DNA of 64,000 nt, taken from assembly GCA_043809315.1 (NCBI GenBank), contig JAZDDX010000016.1:1-64000 (forward strand), in the 5' to 3' direction. The notes beneath the pieces were generated by a model. The model did not search any database and was not told the origin of the DNA. It saw only the letters and a program-made list of their open reading frames with translations. This document shows positions 18,628 to 27,740 of the stretch, piece by piece (within the stretch, counting starts at the first letter, position 1; every line of letters begins with the position of its first letter). The position numbers and the translations under genes were made by a program. This DNA comes from Pseudomonadota bacterium. Lineage in GTDB: Bacteria > Bdellovibrionota_G > JALEGL01 > DATDPG01.

Positions 18628-19996
18628 ACGCTCTCGTTACGAGCGCCTCGGAACCGGTTCGAATCGGAGCCGCACGTCCGAGATCCGTTTCGAGGCGTTC
18701 CCGCCACGAAGCTTCGGCGACATGGGCACGTTCGACGATCCGCCTCCGACGCGCTTCTTTCCCGCCCTTAGTATCCGTGACCGGAGGGAAAAGGCCAAAG
18801 TTGACGTTCATCGGGGAAAAGATGCCGTGCAGGGGGATCGTGGTTACGGCACGGAGAAGGGCTCCGATTGCGGTTTCGGGGGGCGGGAGGGGCGGAAGAT
18901 CGAGGCCTTGGAGACGGGCGACCCCGACGAGACCGGCCCAGATCCCCATGGCGGACGACTCGACGTATCCCTCCACGCCGACGATCTGCCCTGTCAGGAT
19001 GATCCGGCGGTCGCTCTTCAGTGCTAAGTCCGGTCCCAACAGGCGGGGAGACTCTAGGTAGGTGTTCCGGTGCATGGATCCCATCCGAGCGAACTCCGCA
19101 TTCTCGAGCCCCGGGATCATCCGGAAGATCCTTTGTTGTTCCCCCCACTTCATCCGGGTCTGGAACCCGACCAGGTTGTAGAGCGTCGTCGGATGGTTCT
19201 CGCGCCGGAGTTGGACGACGGCATGCGGGCGTTTCCCGGTGCGGGGATCCTCCAGACCGACCGGTTTCATCGGACCGAAGGCGAGCGTCGCCTCCCCGCG
19301 CTCCGCGAGCACCTCGATCGGGAGGCACGCCTCGAAGCAGCGCATCGCCTCGAACGCCCGGATCGGGACCTTTTCCGCGTTCCGGATCTCTCCGACGAAC
19401 TTCTCGTACGTCACCCGGTCCATGGGACAGTTGAGATAATCCTCTTTCCCCGGCTCGTACCGGCTTGCAAAATAGGTTTTCCCGTAATCGATCGAGTCGG
19501 CCGTGACGATCGGCGAGAGAGAGTCGTAAAAGTAGAGAAGCTGCGAACCGACCCGCGCGGCGAGATCGACGGACAAGGCATCGGAGGTCAGCGGTCCGGA
19601 CGCCACGATCACGAGATCGGCTTCGGGAATCGTCGTCACCTCCTGCCGGATCACGCGAATCCCGGGGAGGGAGGAAACTGTGGCGGTCACCTCGTCAGAA
19701 AAACGGTCCCGGTCGACGCCGAGAGCTCGTCCGGCGGGGATGCGGGAGCGGTCGGCGGCGTTCAAAACCACGGAGCCGAGCCGGGACATTTCGTACTTCA
19801 GGAGTCCGGGGGCCGTATCCCATTCCTCGGCACCGAGCGAGTTGCTGCAGACCAGTTCTCCAAGCGTCTCTCGCCGGTGGGCCGGAGAGAGTTTCGTCGG
19901 CTTCATCTCGTAGAGATCGACCGCGCAGCCATGCCGCGCAAGGGTGCAGGCGGCTTCGCTCCCTGCGAGGCCACCGCCGATGATCACGACGTTCAT
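18608..19996 (-). CDS. trmFO: Folate-dependent tRNA m5U54 methyltransferase TrmFO
   Basis: GGGLAGSEAA, ELVCSNS, GPMKPVGL, VGFQT, GVEGYVES. Confidence 0.96.
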   Translation of the reverse strand: MNVVIIGGGLAGSEAACTLARHGCAVDLYEMKPTKLSPAHRRETLGELVCSNSLGAEEWDTAPGLLKYEMSRLGSVVLNAADRSRIPAGRALGVDRDRFSDEVTATVSSLPGIRVIRQEVTTIPEADLVIVASGPLTSDALSVDLAARVGSQLLYFYDSLSPIVTADSIDYGKTYFASRYEPGKEDYLNCPMDRVTYEKFVGEIRNAEKVPIRAFEAMRCFEACLPIEVLAERGEATLAFGPMKPVGLEDPRTGKRPHAVVQLRRENHPTTLYNLVGFQTRMKWGEQQRIFRMIPGLENAEFARMGSMHRNTYLESPRLLGPDLALKSDRRIILTGQIVGVEGYVESSAMGIWAGLVGVARLQGLDLPPLPPPETAIGALLRAVTTIPLHGIFSPMNVNFGLFPPVTDTKGGKEARRRRIVERAHVAEASWRERLETDLGRAAPIRTGSEALVTRAYGNVQP

Positions 19997-22284
19997 GGAG
20001 TGGGCGGCTTCCCCTCTTCGATCGGACGGGAATAGCCGCAGCTCTTTTTCACGCACTGGAGAACCGGGCCGGTCTTCTTCGTGAATTTTTCCACCAGGTA
20101 CGGGGCCTGACAGCTCGGACAGACCGAGACGATCGGTTTGTTCCACAGCGCGTGCTTGCATTTCGGGTATTTGGAACATCCGTAGAAGGAACGTCCACGG
20201 CGCGTGCGTCGCTCGAGCAGCTTGCCGCCACACTCCGCCTCGGGACACGGAACCCCCGTCGAGATCGAGCGGGTCGTTTTGCAGTCCGGATAGCGGCTGC
20301 AGGCCAGGAACTTCCCGAACCTGCCGGTCTTGACCGCCATCGGCGATCCGCACACATCGCAAACCTCGTCGGTCGTTTCCTGTTTCAAAACCTCAATCGC
20401 GCCGTCCTCTTTCTTCCGGAACTCCTTCGTGTTCCTGCATTCCGGGTAAGCGCTACAGGCGAGAAAATGGCCGTGCCTTCCCCACTTGATCACCATCATC
20501 TTGCCGCATTTCTCGCACACGATGTCGGTCGGGGTCTCCTCCCGCTTCACATCTCGCATCATCTTCGTGGCGGATTTGAGGTCTTTCATGAACGGGTCGT
20601 AGAATTTGCGCAGGAGTTCCTGCCAGTCCCCCTCTCCTTCCTCGACCCGATCGAGCTGTTCCTCCATCTGCGCGGTGAACTCAACCTCCATGACGTCCTT
20701 GAAATGCTCCACCAGGAGATCGTTCACGAGAAAACCGAGATCGGTGGGCTCGAGCGATCCTCCGGTGTTCCTCATCGCGTACTTGCGATCCTGCAACGTC
20801 GAGAGAATCGAGGCATAGGTGGAGGGGCGTCCGATCCCGTTCTCCTCCAACTCCTTGATGAGACTCGCCTCCGTGAACCGGAAGGGCGGTTTCGTGAAGT
20901 GCTGTTCGGGCAGGATCGTCGAAACCGTGAGCGGGTCGCCGGGTTTCAGAGCCGGGAACTGTTCCGCCTTCTCTTCGTCGGCATCGGCGTCATCCGTCCC
21001 CTCGATGTACAGCTTCATGTACCCGTCGGAACGGAGGACCGATCCGGTCGCCCGCAAACCATACGGGCCCGCCTTCACATCGATGGTCGTCTGATCATAG
21101 ACCGCCTCGGCCATCTGGCAGGCGAGAAAACGGTTCCAGATCAACTGATACAAAGCGAACTGATCGCGTTTGAGGAACTTCTTCACCTTCTCCGGCGGAT
21201 GGACCAGGAGTGTCGGCCGGATCGCCTCGTGGGCGTCCTGCGCCTTCTTGGCCGTTTTGTAGAACCGAGGGTTCTCGGGAAGGTATTCTTTTCCGAAATT
21301 CTCCTCGATGAATTCCCGCGCGACGTTGATCGCCTCGTTCGAGAGACGTGTCGAATCGGTACGCATGTAGGTGATCAACCCGACCGCCCCCTCCTCGCCG
21401 AGTTCCACCCCCTCGTACAGCTGCTGGGCCAGAAGCATCGTCTTCTTCGGCCCGAACCCGAGCTTGCGGGCGGATTCCTGCTGCAGCTTGCTGGTCGTGA
21501 AGGCGGGGGGGGGAGTCCTCCTCCGCTCCTTCGTCTGGACATCACTAACGGTGAGGATCTGTTTCCGGAGATCGGCTTCGGCGGCCTCGGCCTCCTTTTT
21601 CGCCGGGATCTCGATCTTCTCCCCGTTTTTCGAGATCAGATGGAGGAGGAACGGAGGGGGCTCCGACGCCTCCGCCGTGACGTCGATCGTCCAGTACTCC
21701 GCCGGAATGAACGCGCGGACTTCCCTCTCCCGCTCGCAGACGATCCGCAGAGCGACCGACTGCACGCGACCGGCACTCAAGCCCCGCCGGACCTTGTCCC
21801 AGAGGAGCGGGCTGATTTTGTACCCCACCAAACGATCGAGGATTCGGCGCGCCTGCTGCGACTCGTACTTCGCCCGGTCGAGTTCACCCGGGGCCGCCAT
21901 CGCCCGTTGGACCCCTTGCTTCGTGATTTCGTCGATCAAGATCCGGAAGATCTTCGGTGCGGCCGCTTTGGTCTTCTTGGTTTTTCCCTGAATCGCCTCC
22001 GCTAGATGCCAGGCGATCGCCTCCCCTTCCCGGTCCGGATCGGGAGCGAGATAGACCGTCGCCACCTCCTTGGCCGCTTTCTTGATCTCGTCGACCACCT
22101 TCTGCTTCCCCTTGATCACCTCGTATTGAGGGACGAAGGAGTCGCCCACTTCGATCCCGAGCTTGCTCTTCGGCAGGTCCCAGACATGCCCCACCGACGC
22201 TTTCACGATGAATTCGCGTCCCAGATATTTTCCGATCGTTTTGACCTTCGTCGGAGATTCGACAATGATTAGAGACTTGCTCAC
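19993..22284 (-). CDS. topA: DNA topoisomerase I with C-terminal zinc ribbons
   Basis: IVESP, DPDREGE, SAGRVQS, ITYMRTDS, GIGRPSTY, three C4 ribbons. Confidence 0.98.
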   Translation of the reverse strand: MSKSLIIVESPTKVKTIGKYLGREFIVKASVGHVWDLPKSKLGIEVGDSFVPQYEVIKGKQKVVDEIKKAAKEVATVYLAPDPDREGEAIAWHLAEAIQGKTKKTKAAAPKIFRILIDEITKQGVQRAMAAPGELDRAKYESQQARRILDRLVGYKISPLLWDKVRRGLSAGRVQSVALRIVCEREREVRAFIPAEYWTIDVTAEASEPPPFLLHLISKNGEKIEIPAKKEAEAAEADLRKQILTVSDVQTKERRRTPPPAFTTSKLQQESARKLGFGPKKTMLLAQQLYEGVELGEEGAVGLITYMRTDSTRLSNEAINVAREFIEENFGKEYLPENPRFYKTAKKAQDAHEAIRPTLLVHPPEKVKKFLKRDQFALYQLIWNRFLACQMAEAVYDQTTIDVKAGPYGLRATGSVLRSDGYMKLYIEGTDDADADEEKAEQFPALKPGDPLTVSTILPEQHFTKPPFRFTEASLIKELEENGIGRPSTYASILSTLQDRKYAMRNTGGSLEPTDLGFLVNDLLVEHFKDVMEVEFTAQMEEQLDRVEEGEGDWQELLRKFYDPFMKDLKSATKMMRDVKREETPTDIVCEKCGKMMVIKWGRHGHFLACSAYPECRNTKEFRKKEDGAIEVLKQETTDEVCDVCGSPMAVKTGRFGKFLACSRYPDCKTTRSISTGVPCPEAECGGKLLERRTRRGRSFYGCSKYPKCKHALWNKPIVSVCPSCQAPYLVEKFTKKTGPVLQCVKKSCGYSRPIEEGKPPTP

Positions 22285-23381
22285 ATTTCCCCCACAATCC
22301 GCACGTATCGCGCATCCGCTTGTTTCACGATCAACCCCTTCAGTTCCAACTCCGCCAACGCACGAAGCACTTCGGCCGCTGAAACCCCGACATTCTTCAC
22401 CAGATCGTCCGCCGTCACCGGTCGATCCCGTTCCCAACCGGTCAAAAGACGCCGCTCCCCATCCGAAAGCTCCGGCGCGTCCGCCGTCGTCGACGCGGCC
22501 CTCTCCTCCGCCTTGTACCCCGGAAACAGTTCCTCCAGGATATCCGAACTGGTGGCGGTCAACTTCGCCCCCTCCGCGATCAGCCGATTCGGAATGATCG
22601 AGAGAGGGGAATCGATCGGCCCCGGGACGGCGAACACTTCTCGGGATTGCTCCGTCGCATGCCGTGCGGTAATCCGGGCACCGCTCCGCTCCCCCGCCTC
22701 GATGATGAGGACGCCGCGTGAAAGACCCGAGATGATCCGATTCCGCTGCGGGAAGTGCTCCGATCGGGGTGGATCCCCGATCCCGAATTCCGTCACCACG
22801 GCACCGTTCTTCTCGATCTTACTCCGCAGGAGCGCGTGCTCCGGCGGATAAGTCCGATCGAGACCGCACGCCACCACCGCCACCGTCGGCACTCCTGCAC
22901 GAACCGCCGATTCGTGCGCGATCGCATCGATCCCGCGCGCCAGGCCGCTCACCAGAACGACCCCTTCCCGCGCGAGATCGGTCGCCAGCCACTTCGCGAC
23001 CCTCGCGCCGTACGTCGAAGGTCTCCGGGGACCTACGAACCCCAAAAACTTTTTCGAATCCTGTGGCAACGCGCCGCAACCGAACAGGACCAACGGAGGA
23101 TCGGAAATCTCTGCCAGTGCGGCGGGATACCCCGCCGATCCATAACTCAAAACCCACCCGCCGAGTCTGCGGAGTTTCCGGATCTCCTCTTCCGCTCCCG
23201 GGAGATCGACGGAGGTTCGGAGGATTTCAAAGGCGTTTTGTTCGTCTGGCGTTGAGCCTTGTTGTTCCCGCGCCGCCGCCAGAAGCGGTTCGGCACCGTC
23301 CCATTTCTCCCAGAGGGTTTTCCGGAGAGCGTACGGGATCCGGGTTTGACGGGCGACCGCGATCGCTGCGACATCGGACAC
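22281..23381 (-). CDS. dprA: DNA-protecting protein DprA (start uncertain; the ORF extends to 23417)
   Basis: SGLARGID, FPQRNRIISG, SGARITA, REVFAVPG. Confidence 0.93.
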   Translation of the reverse strand: MSDVAAIAVARQTRIPYALRKTLWEKWDGAEPLLAAAREQQGSTPDEQNAFEILRTSVDLPGAEEEIRKLRRLGGWVLSYGSAGYPAALAEISDPPLVLFGCGALPQDSKKFLGFVGPRRPSTYGARVAKWLATDLAREGVVLVSGLARGIDAIAHESAVRAGVPTVAVVACGLDRTYPPEHALLRSKIEKNGAVVTEFGIGDPPRSEHFPQRNRIISGLSRGVLIIEAGERSGARITARHATEQSREVFAVPGPIDSPLSIIPNRLIAEGAKLTATSSDILEELFPGYKAEERAASTTADAPELSDGERRLLTGWERDRPVTADDLVKNVGVSAAEVLRALAELELKGLIVKQADARYVRIVGEM

Positions 23382-23439
23382 GCGTCTTATGTACGGTGCC
23401 GCGGAAAGCGCCGTCAAGCAAAAGTTTGCGAAGGGTGTT

Positions 23440-24759
23440 TCAGTCCGCTTCGTTTCGGACGCGATCCCCTACGGCGAGGCCGTCCCGCTCGGATAACACG
23501 TACGCGGTCGAGGTCTGCTCGTTCGCTTCCACCACCACGAGGTGCGCGTACGGGACATCGGGCAGTTTGCTGTCGTCCCCCTGAAAGATCCCGTCTCCGC
23601 GACGCACGACAACCAACCGCAGACCGGGGTCGACACCATGCTTTCGGCCGACATCGAGAAAGACAAAATCGTTGTTGCTGATCAGAACCTTCTGATCCTC
23701 CGAATCGATGATCTTCCCAGCGATCTGCTTTTTCGTGCTGTGGACCGCGAGTTCCCGGACCGGCGAAACATACGGAACGATCTTGTCCCCCCGGGTCACA
23801 CCATCTTCGCAATCGACGATTACGGCATCGACGGTGTTCTTTTTTACCGCGATGACGCGGAGGACCGCCTTCCTCCGGATCATCTCCCCGTATTCCCCGA
23901 ACAGCGCATCCGGATCGGAGACGTTCTTGACTTTTTCCACGACATGGAAACGGTCTCCCACGCTCACCCTCCACCTCTTGTTGAACGAGAGATAAAGGCG
24001 GTCCCCCTGGTAGAGCTGCATTTTCGTTTCCCCGGAGTGGCTGACCTCGCCGACGATCTGCCGTTCAAACTCCTTCTCGGAGAGGAAACTGAGGGATTTC
24101 AGACGGATCGAAAAGCTCTTCTTTCCGAGCACTGTGATTCCTTCCCGGCCGGCGGGAAGATTGATGGTGGGCGTCGATGCCTCTTCCGTCGAGGCAGCCG
24201 CCGTCTTCTCCTGCGGCGCGGACGGCTCTTTTTCGTCGACCTCTCCGATCTTCGGAGCCTCTCCTGATCTCGACGATTTGCGGGTGTTCTCGTCTACGAT
24301 CTCGAGACGCGGCGGCGCCGTTTCGGAGCCGGAGAAGAACGTGAGTTTGTTCCCTGGGTAGATCAGGTGCGGGTTCGCGATGTAGTCGTTCAGCGCCCAG
24401 AGCTTCGGCCAATACCAGGGGTTGTCGAGAAGCTTCTGGCAGATGTCCCAGAGAGTGTCCCCTTGCTGGATCTGATATTCCGACGGAGGTTCACCCGAAG
24501 GCCTCGATGTCGGTTTTTTCTCCTCCTCTTTGGTCACCGGTTCGGAGGTTCCCTCGGAAGTTCCACCGAACGTTTCGACATTGGAGGTCGGAGGAAGCGG
24601 AGCTGCCTTGATCTCCGGCTCGGTCGGAAGGTTCGGGGCTTCTCCCGAAGGGGGTTCGGCCGGCGCAGGCTCCTCCTGCGCCCAAAGGCAGGGGACTCCG
24701 ACCAAGAGCAAGCTTACGACTACGGGCAACCAGGTGAACCGACGCTCTCTTTCTTTCAT
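23440..24759 (-). CDS. Secreted LysM-domain protein
   Basis: Signal peptide, Pro/Glu linker, YQIQQGDTLWDI..WPKLW..NPHLIYPG; usual neighbour of dprA. Confidence 0.88.
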   Translation of the reverse strand: MKERERRFTWLPVVVSLLLVGVPCLWAQEEPAPAEPPSGEAPNLPTEPEIKAAPLPPTSNVETFGGTSEGTSEPVTKEEEKKPTSRPSGEPPSEYQIQQGDTLWDICQKLLDNPWYWPKLWALNDYIANPHLIYPGNKLTFFSGSETAPPRLEIVDENTRKSSRSGEAPKIGEVDEKEPSAPQEKTAAASTEEASTPTINLPAGREGITVLGKKSFSIRLKSLSFLSEKEFERQIVGEVSHSGETKMQLYQGDRLYLSFNKRWRVSVGDRFHVVEKVKNVSDPDALFGEYGEMIRRKAVLRVIAVKKNTVDAVIVDCEDGVTRGDKIVPYVSPVRELAVHSTKKQIAGKIIDSEDQKVLISNNDFVFLDVGRKHGVDPGLRLVVVRRGDGIFQGDDSKLPDVPYAHLVVVEANEQTSTAYVLSERDGLAVGDRVRNEAD

Positions 24760-24760
24760 G

Positions 24761-25630
24761 TCACATTCTCCTTTGGCCGGTTCCGGCTTCCGACATCTCG
24801 GCGAGGGAAGCGCGCGCTTTCTGCGCCGCCACGCTCTGCGGATAGGTTGCGATGATCCGGTCGAATGTTCTCTGCGCTTCCTTCGGCTTACTGAGTCTCA
24901 GGTAGCAAGAGGCCGCCCGAAGAAGCGCGTCGGGGACCTTGTTTCCCGAAGGGAACTCCGTAGCGACCCGTTCGAACGATTCCGCGGCCTTCACGAAATC
25001 GCGCGTTCGGAAGTAGCTCTCCCCGATCCAGAACGCCGCATTGTCGGCATACACATGCGCGGGGTGCCTGCCGGCGAACTCCCCGAGCATCCGGATCGCC
25101 TCCGGATAACTCGCATCCTCGAACTTCTGGAACGCTTCATTATATTCCCGGGTCACTTCCGGGTTGTCGATGGAGGACTTGTCGTCCTCCTTCACGGGAG
25201 CCGGCGCCGCTTCTTTCGCCATGCTCTTCGGAGGGGTCTTCTCGACCGGTGCCATTCGTTCGAGATCCCGATTCGTCAGTTGGATCGACGGAAGACGCGG
25301 GTTCCCGGCAATTCCGAAACCAAACGCCGTTTCATCCGATTCTTCCCCCTCGACGGGAGGAGGGGGAGGTCGAAGTTTTCCGCGTTTTCCCCGGCCCGAT
25401 CCGGAATAGACCGGCTGCCGTTCCGCCGCCACCTTGAGCGTCTCCAACCGGTCCTGCAACACCATCAAAGAGTTCGAAAGATCCTCGATCTTCCTCTGCA
25501 GCTCGGCCTGCCTCGAACGAAGTGCGACATTGTCCCGTTCCAGCGCTTCCACGGACGTCTGAACGCGTTTCGGTGTCCCGCAGGCGACGAGTCCGAGGAG
25601 AAGGAACGGTATGACGTGGTTTTGATTCAC
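24761..25630 (-). CDS. cpoB: Tol-Pal protein CpoB/YbgF-like lipoprotein
   Basis: Lipobox LVAC, coiled coil, TPR with ADNAAFWIGE..KVPDALL. Confidence 0.8.
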   Translation of the reverse strand: MNQNHVIPFLLLGLVACGTPKRVQTSVEALERDNVALRSRQAELQRKIEDLSNSLMVLQDRLETLKVAAERQPVYSGSGRGKRGKLRPPPPPVEGEESDETAFGFGIAGNPRLPSIQLTNRDLERMAPVEKTPPKSMAKEAAPAPVKEDDKSSIDNPEVTREYNEAFQKFEDASYPEAIRMLGEFAGRHPAHVYADNAAFWIGESYFRTRDFVKAAESFERVATEFPSGNKVPDALLRAASCYLRLSKPKEAQRTFDRIIATYPQSVAAQKARASLAEMSEAGTGQRRM

Positions 25631-25679
25631 AGAGGAGGGACGAACCCATCGAAATTATAAGGGCTTCGCCTTCGGGCGG

Positions 25680-26471
25680 TCAAGAACGCCATCCGATGAA
25701 ACCGATCATCCGTCCGGTGCGTCGTCCCTCTCTCCGATACGAAAAAAAACGTCCCGGGTCGCCGTGCGTGCAGAACCCGCACGACCAGATACGATCGGCC
25801 CGGATTCCCTCTCCCCGCGCCTGCCGTATAAGGATCGCAGCCAGATCGATCTGCGCGGAAACCTCGTCTTTCACGATTTCGCCCTCTTGAGCGTCGAGCT
25901 GCTCCTCGAACATCTCCGCGATCGCCACCGAGACCTCGAACGCGGGAAGCCCGATCCCGGGCCCGACCGCCATCGTGAGATCGGCCGGATCGGTTCCGAA
26001 CTCCGCCGACATCCTGCGCACCGCGTTGGGAATCACCCGGGCCAGCGTTCCCCTCCATCCCGCGTGGACCGCCCCGATCGCCCCGTTCCGTTCGTCGACC
26101 AGAAGTATCGGAAAACAGTCGGCCACCCGGGCGAAAAGCAACACTCCGCGGTGGTCCGTGACGATCGCATCCCCGCTCGGGGCGAAACGGAACGCCTCCA
26201 GAGGATCGGAAGCGGAGGCCTCCGGATCGGCGACCACCACATCCCCCCCGTGCATCTGCCGGAGACCGAGAAACGACTCGACCGTCGTCCCCAATTCGTC
26301 CGCAAGCAATCGGTAGTTTCTCCGGACCGAGTCATCCTCATCCCCGGTCGCCATCCCGAGATTACAGGATGCGTACGGGGAGACGCTCACGCCCCCGATT
26401 CGCGTGGTGAAGCCGTGGATCAGTCCTTTGATGGAAGATAGATTCGGCGCGGTAATCAGCGGGATCGCCAT
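25680..26471 (-). CDS. pgeF: Peptidoglycan editing factor PgeF (laccase-like purine nucleoside phosphorylase family)
   Basis: HGFTTR, QMHG, ADC, HAGWRG, FFSYRR. Confidence 0.92.
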   Translation of the reverse strand: MAIPLITAPNLSSIKGLIHGFTTRIGGVSVSPYASCNLGMATGDEDDSVRRNYRLLADELGTTVESFLGLRQMHGGDVVVADPEASASDPLEAFRFAPSGDAIVTDHRGVLLFARVADCFPILLVDERNGAIGAVHAGWRGTLARVIPNAVRRMSAEFGTDPADLTMAVGPGIGLPAFEVSVAIAEMFEEQLDAQEGEIVKDEVSAQIDLAAILIRQARGEGIRADRIWSCGFCTHGDPGRFFSYRREGRRTGRMIGFIGWRS

Positions 26472-26740
26472 CACCAGATCTTCGACTTGATGTGCCCCTT
26501 GCGCTTCAAAATGACGTCGACGATGGCGAGATCATAATAATTCGTCTTGGACCGAAGTGAGGGATCGATTTTCGCGTTGTAGTGCTCGCGTCCCTCCTCC
26601 AGCTCCTTGGCCATGATCTCGAAGAAGGTGTCGAGCTCGATCCCCTGTTTGATCTTCGGCTCGTTGTAGAGGGAGACGTCCGAGGCGATCGCGCGCGCCA
26701 GGCGCCGCGCGGCTTCGGGATCTGTGATCAACTTGGGCAG
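26471..26740 (-). CDS. Small helical hypothetical protein (ARRLARAIASD..YN)
   Basis: ORF coupled to pgeF; GAGGAG RBS upstream; start is CTG 26740 or TTG 26731. Confidence 0.75.
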   Translation of the reverse strand: MPKLITDPEAARRLARAIASDVSLYNEPKIKQGIELDTFFEIMAKELEEGREHYNAKIDPSLRSKTNYYDLAIVDVILKRKGHIKSKIW

Positions 26741-26755
26741 AGTCCGCTCCTCTTA

Positions 26756-27367
26756 TTATTTCTCCAGCTCGACGTTCCAGTACGAGAAATCAACGACGTT
26801 CAGGAACGGCAGCCATTCCCGATAGAGTGAACTCTTCGTGGAGATATTCAAGCATTCCGTCCAGTGCGGCCGCGCCGCCTTGCGGACCAGGCGCATTCCC
26901 GCCTCGTGCGGTGTCCTCCCCCCCTTCCGGCGGTTGCAGTTGACGCAGCTGCAGACGACGTTCTCCCAGGTGGTCTGCCCGCCGTGCGCGCGCGGAATGA
27001 CATGATCGAGGTTCAGTTCGTTCTTGGTGAAATGCCGGCCGCAATATTGGCAGACGCTCCGATCACGGGCGAAGATGTTGTACCGACTGAAGCGGACCTG
27101 TTTCTTCGGCAACCGGTCGTAGGCTTGTAGAAGAATCACGCGCGGGATCCGGATCAGCCGGTCGACCGTCCCGATCGTATCGTCCCCCGCTTCCACAGCG
27201 AGACGGCTCCAGGTCTGGAAATCGAACGTCTGGTACTCCCGATCGACGACCCGGGCGATCCCCATGTAGATCATGCAAAAAGCCCGCCGAACCGAGGTGA
27301 TCTGGATCGGCATATACGACTTGTTGAGAACGAGGACCCGGGACTGCGCTACTGCCGCCGACATCAT
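26756..27367 (-). CDS. HNH endonuclease (HNH_5/McrA-like)
   Basis: VLVLN, RD..CQYCG, LDHVIPR..GG..WENVV..C..CN..K. Confidence 0.92.
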   Translation of the reverse strand: MMSAAVAQSRVLVLNKSYMPIQITSVRRAFCMIYMGIARVVDREYQTFDFQTWSRLAVEAGDDTIGTVDRLIRIPRVILLQAYDRLPKKQVRFSRYNIFARDRSVCQYCGRHFTKNELNLDHVIPRAHGGQTTWENVVCSCVNCNRRKGGRTPHEAGMRLVRKAARPHWTECLNISTKSSLYREWLPFLNVVDFSYWNVELEK

Positions 27368-27500
27368 GGATCCCGCCTCTCTACGCAATGGAGGGCGTTT
27401 CGACAAGTTCGGAGCGGTTCGGGCGGATCAGTCTCCACCATTCAATTGTAAACCGCTTTCCGTCGGGCTTCCATGGCCGGGGTCCGAAGAGAGGAACAAA

Positions 27501-27636
27501 GAAGGGGCCGCAGCCCAGGGTTCAGTGTGATTGTCCAAGACTCGAACCACCGTTATCCGCACAGCGTCACATCCAACTCAGCGTGAATCCAGCTGTCTTG
27601 GGCGCAGCACACTGAACTCCTGGCTCCGACCCCTTC
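27501..27636 (-). ncRNA. Candidate structured ncRNA (long hairpin), family unassigned
   Basis: ~27-bp outer stem 27501-27529/27608-27636 plus inner CCAAGAC/GTCTTGG stem; a C-A mismatch on plus becomes G-U on minus; U-rich 3' flank. Confidence 0.55.
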
Positions 27637-27650
27637 CAAAATCGTAGTAT

Positions 27651-27678
27651 ACGTTATGGTAGTGCAATATATTGTCAA
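27651..27678 (-). promoter_or_regulatory. Putative sigma70 promoter for the hairpin RNA/HNH unit
   Basis: TTGACA (27678-27673)-N16-TAACGT in an AT-rich patch. Confidence 0.4.
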
Positions 27679-27740
27679 TAAAAACTTTGTTCCCTTTTGG
27701 GGAAATCTTCCCTACATTCCGGGCAGTTTCGAGTCTTGCG

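Noticed and set aside
27433-27440. CTCCACCA resembling a tRNA-Ala/tmRNA 3' end or att site
   Set aside because: Only 8 nt, with no T-arm or acceptor stem around it.
27638-27665. dif-like site (CATAA-CGTATA on minus)
   Set aside because: The XerD arm does not match TTATGT(T/A)AA; better explained as a promoter.
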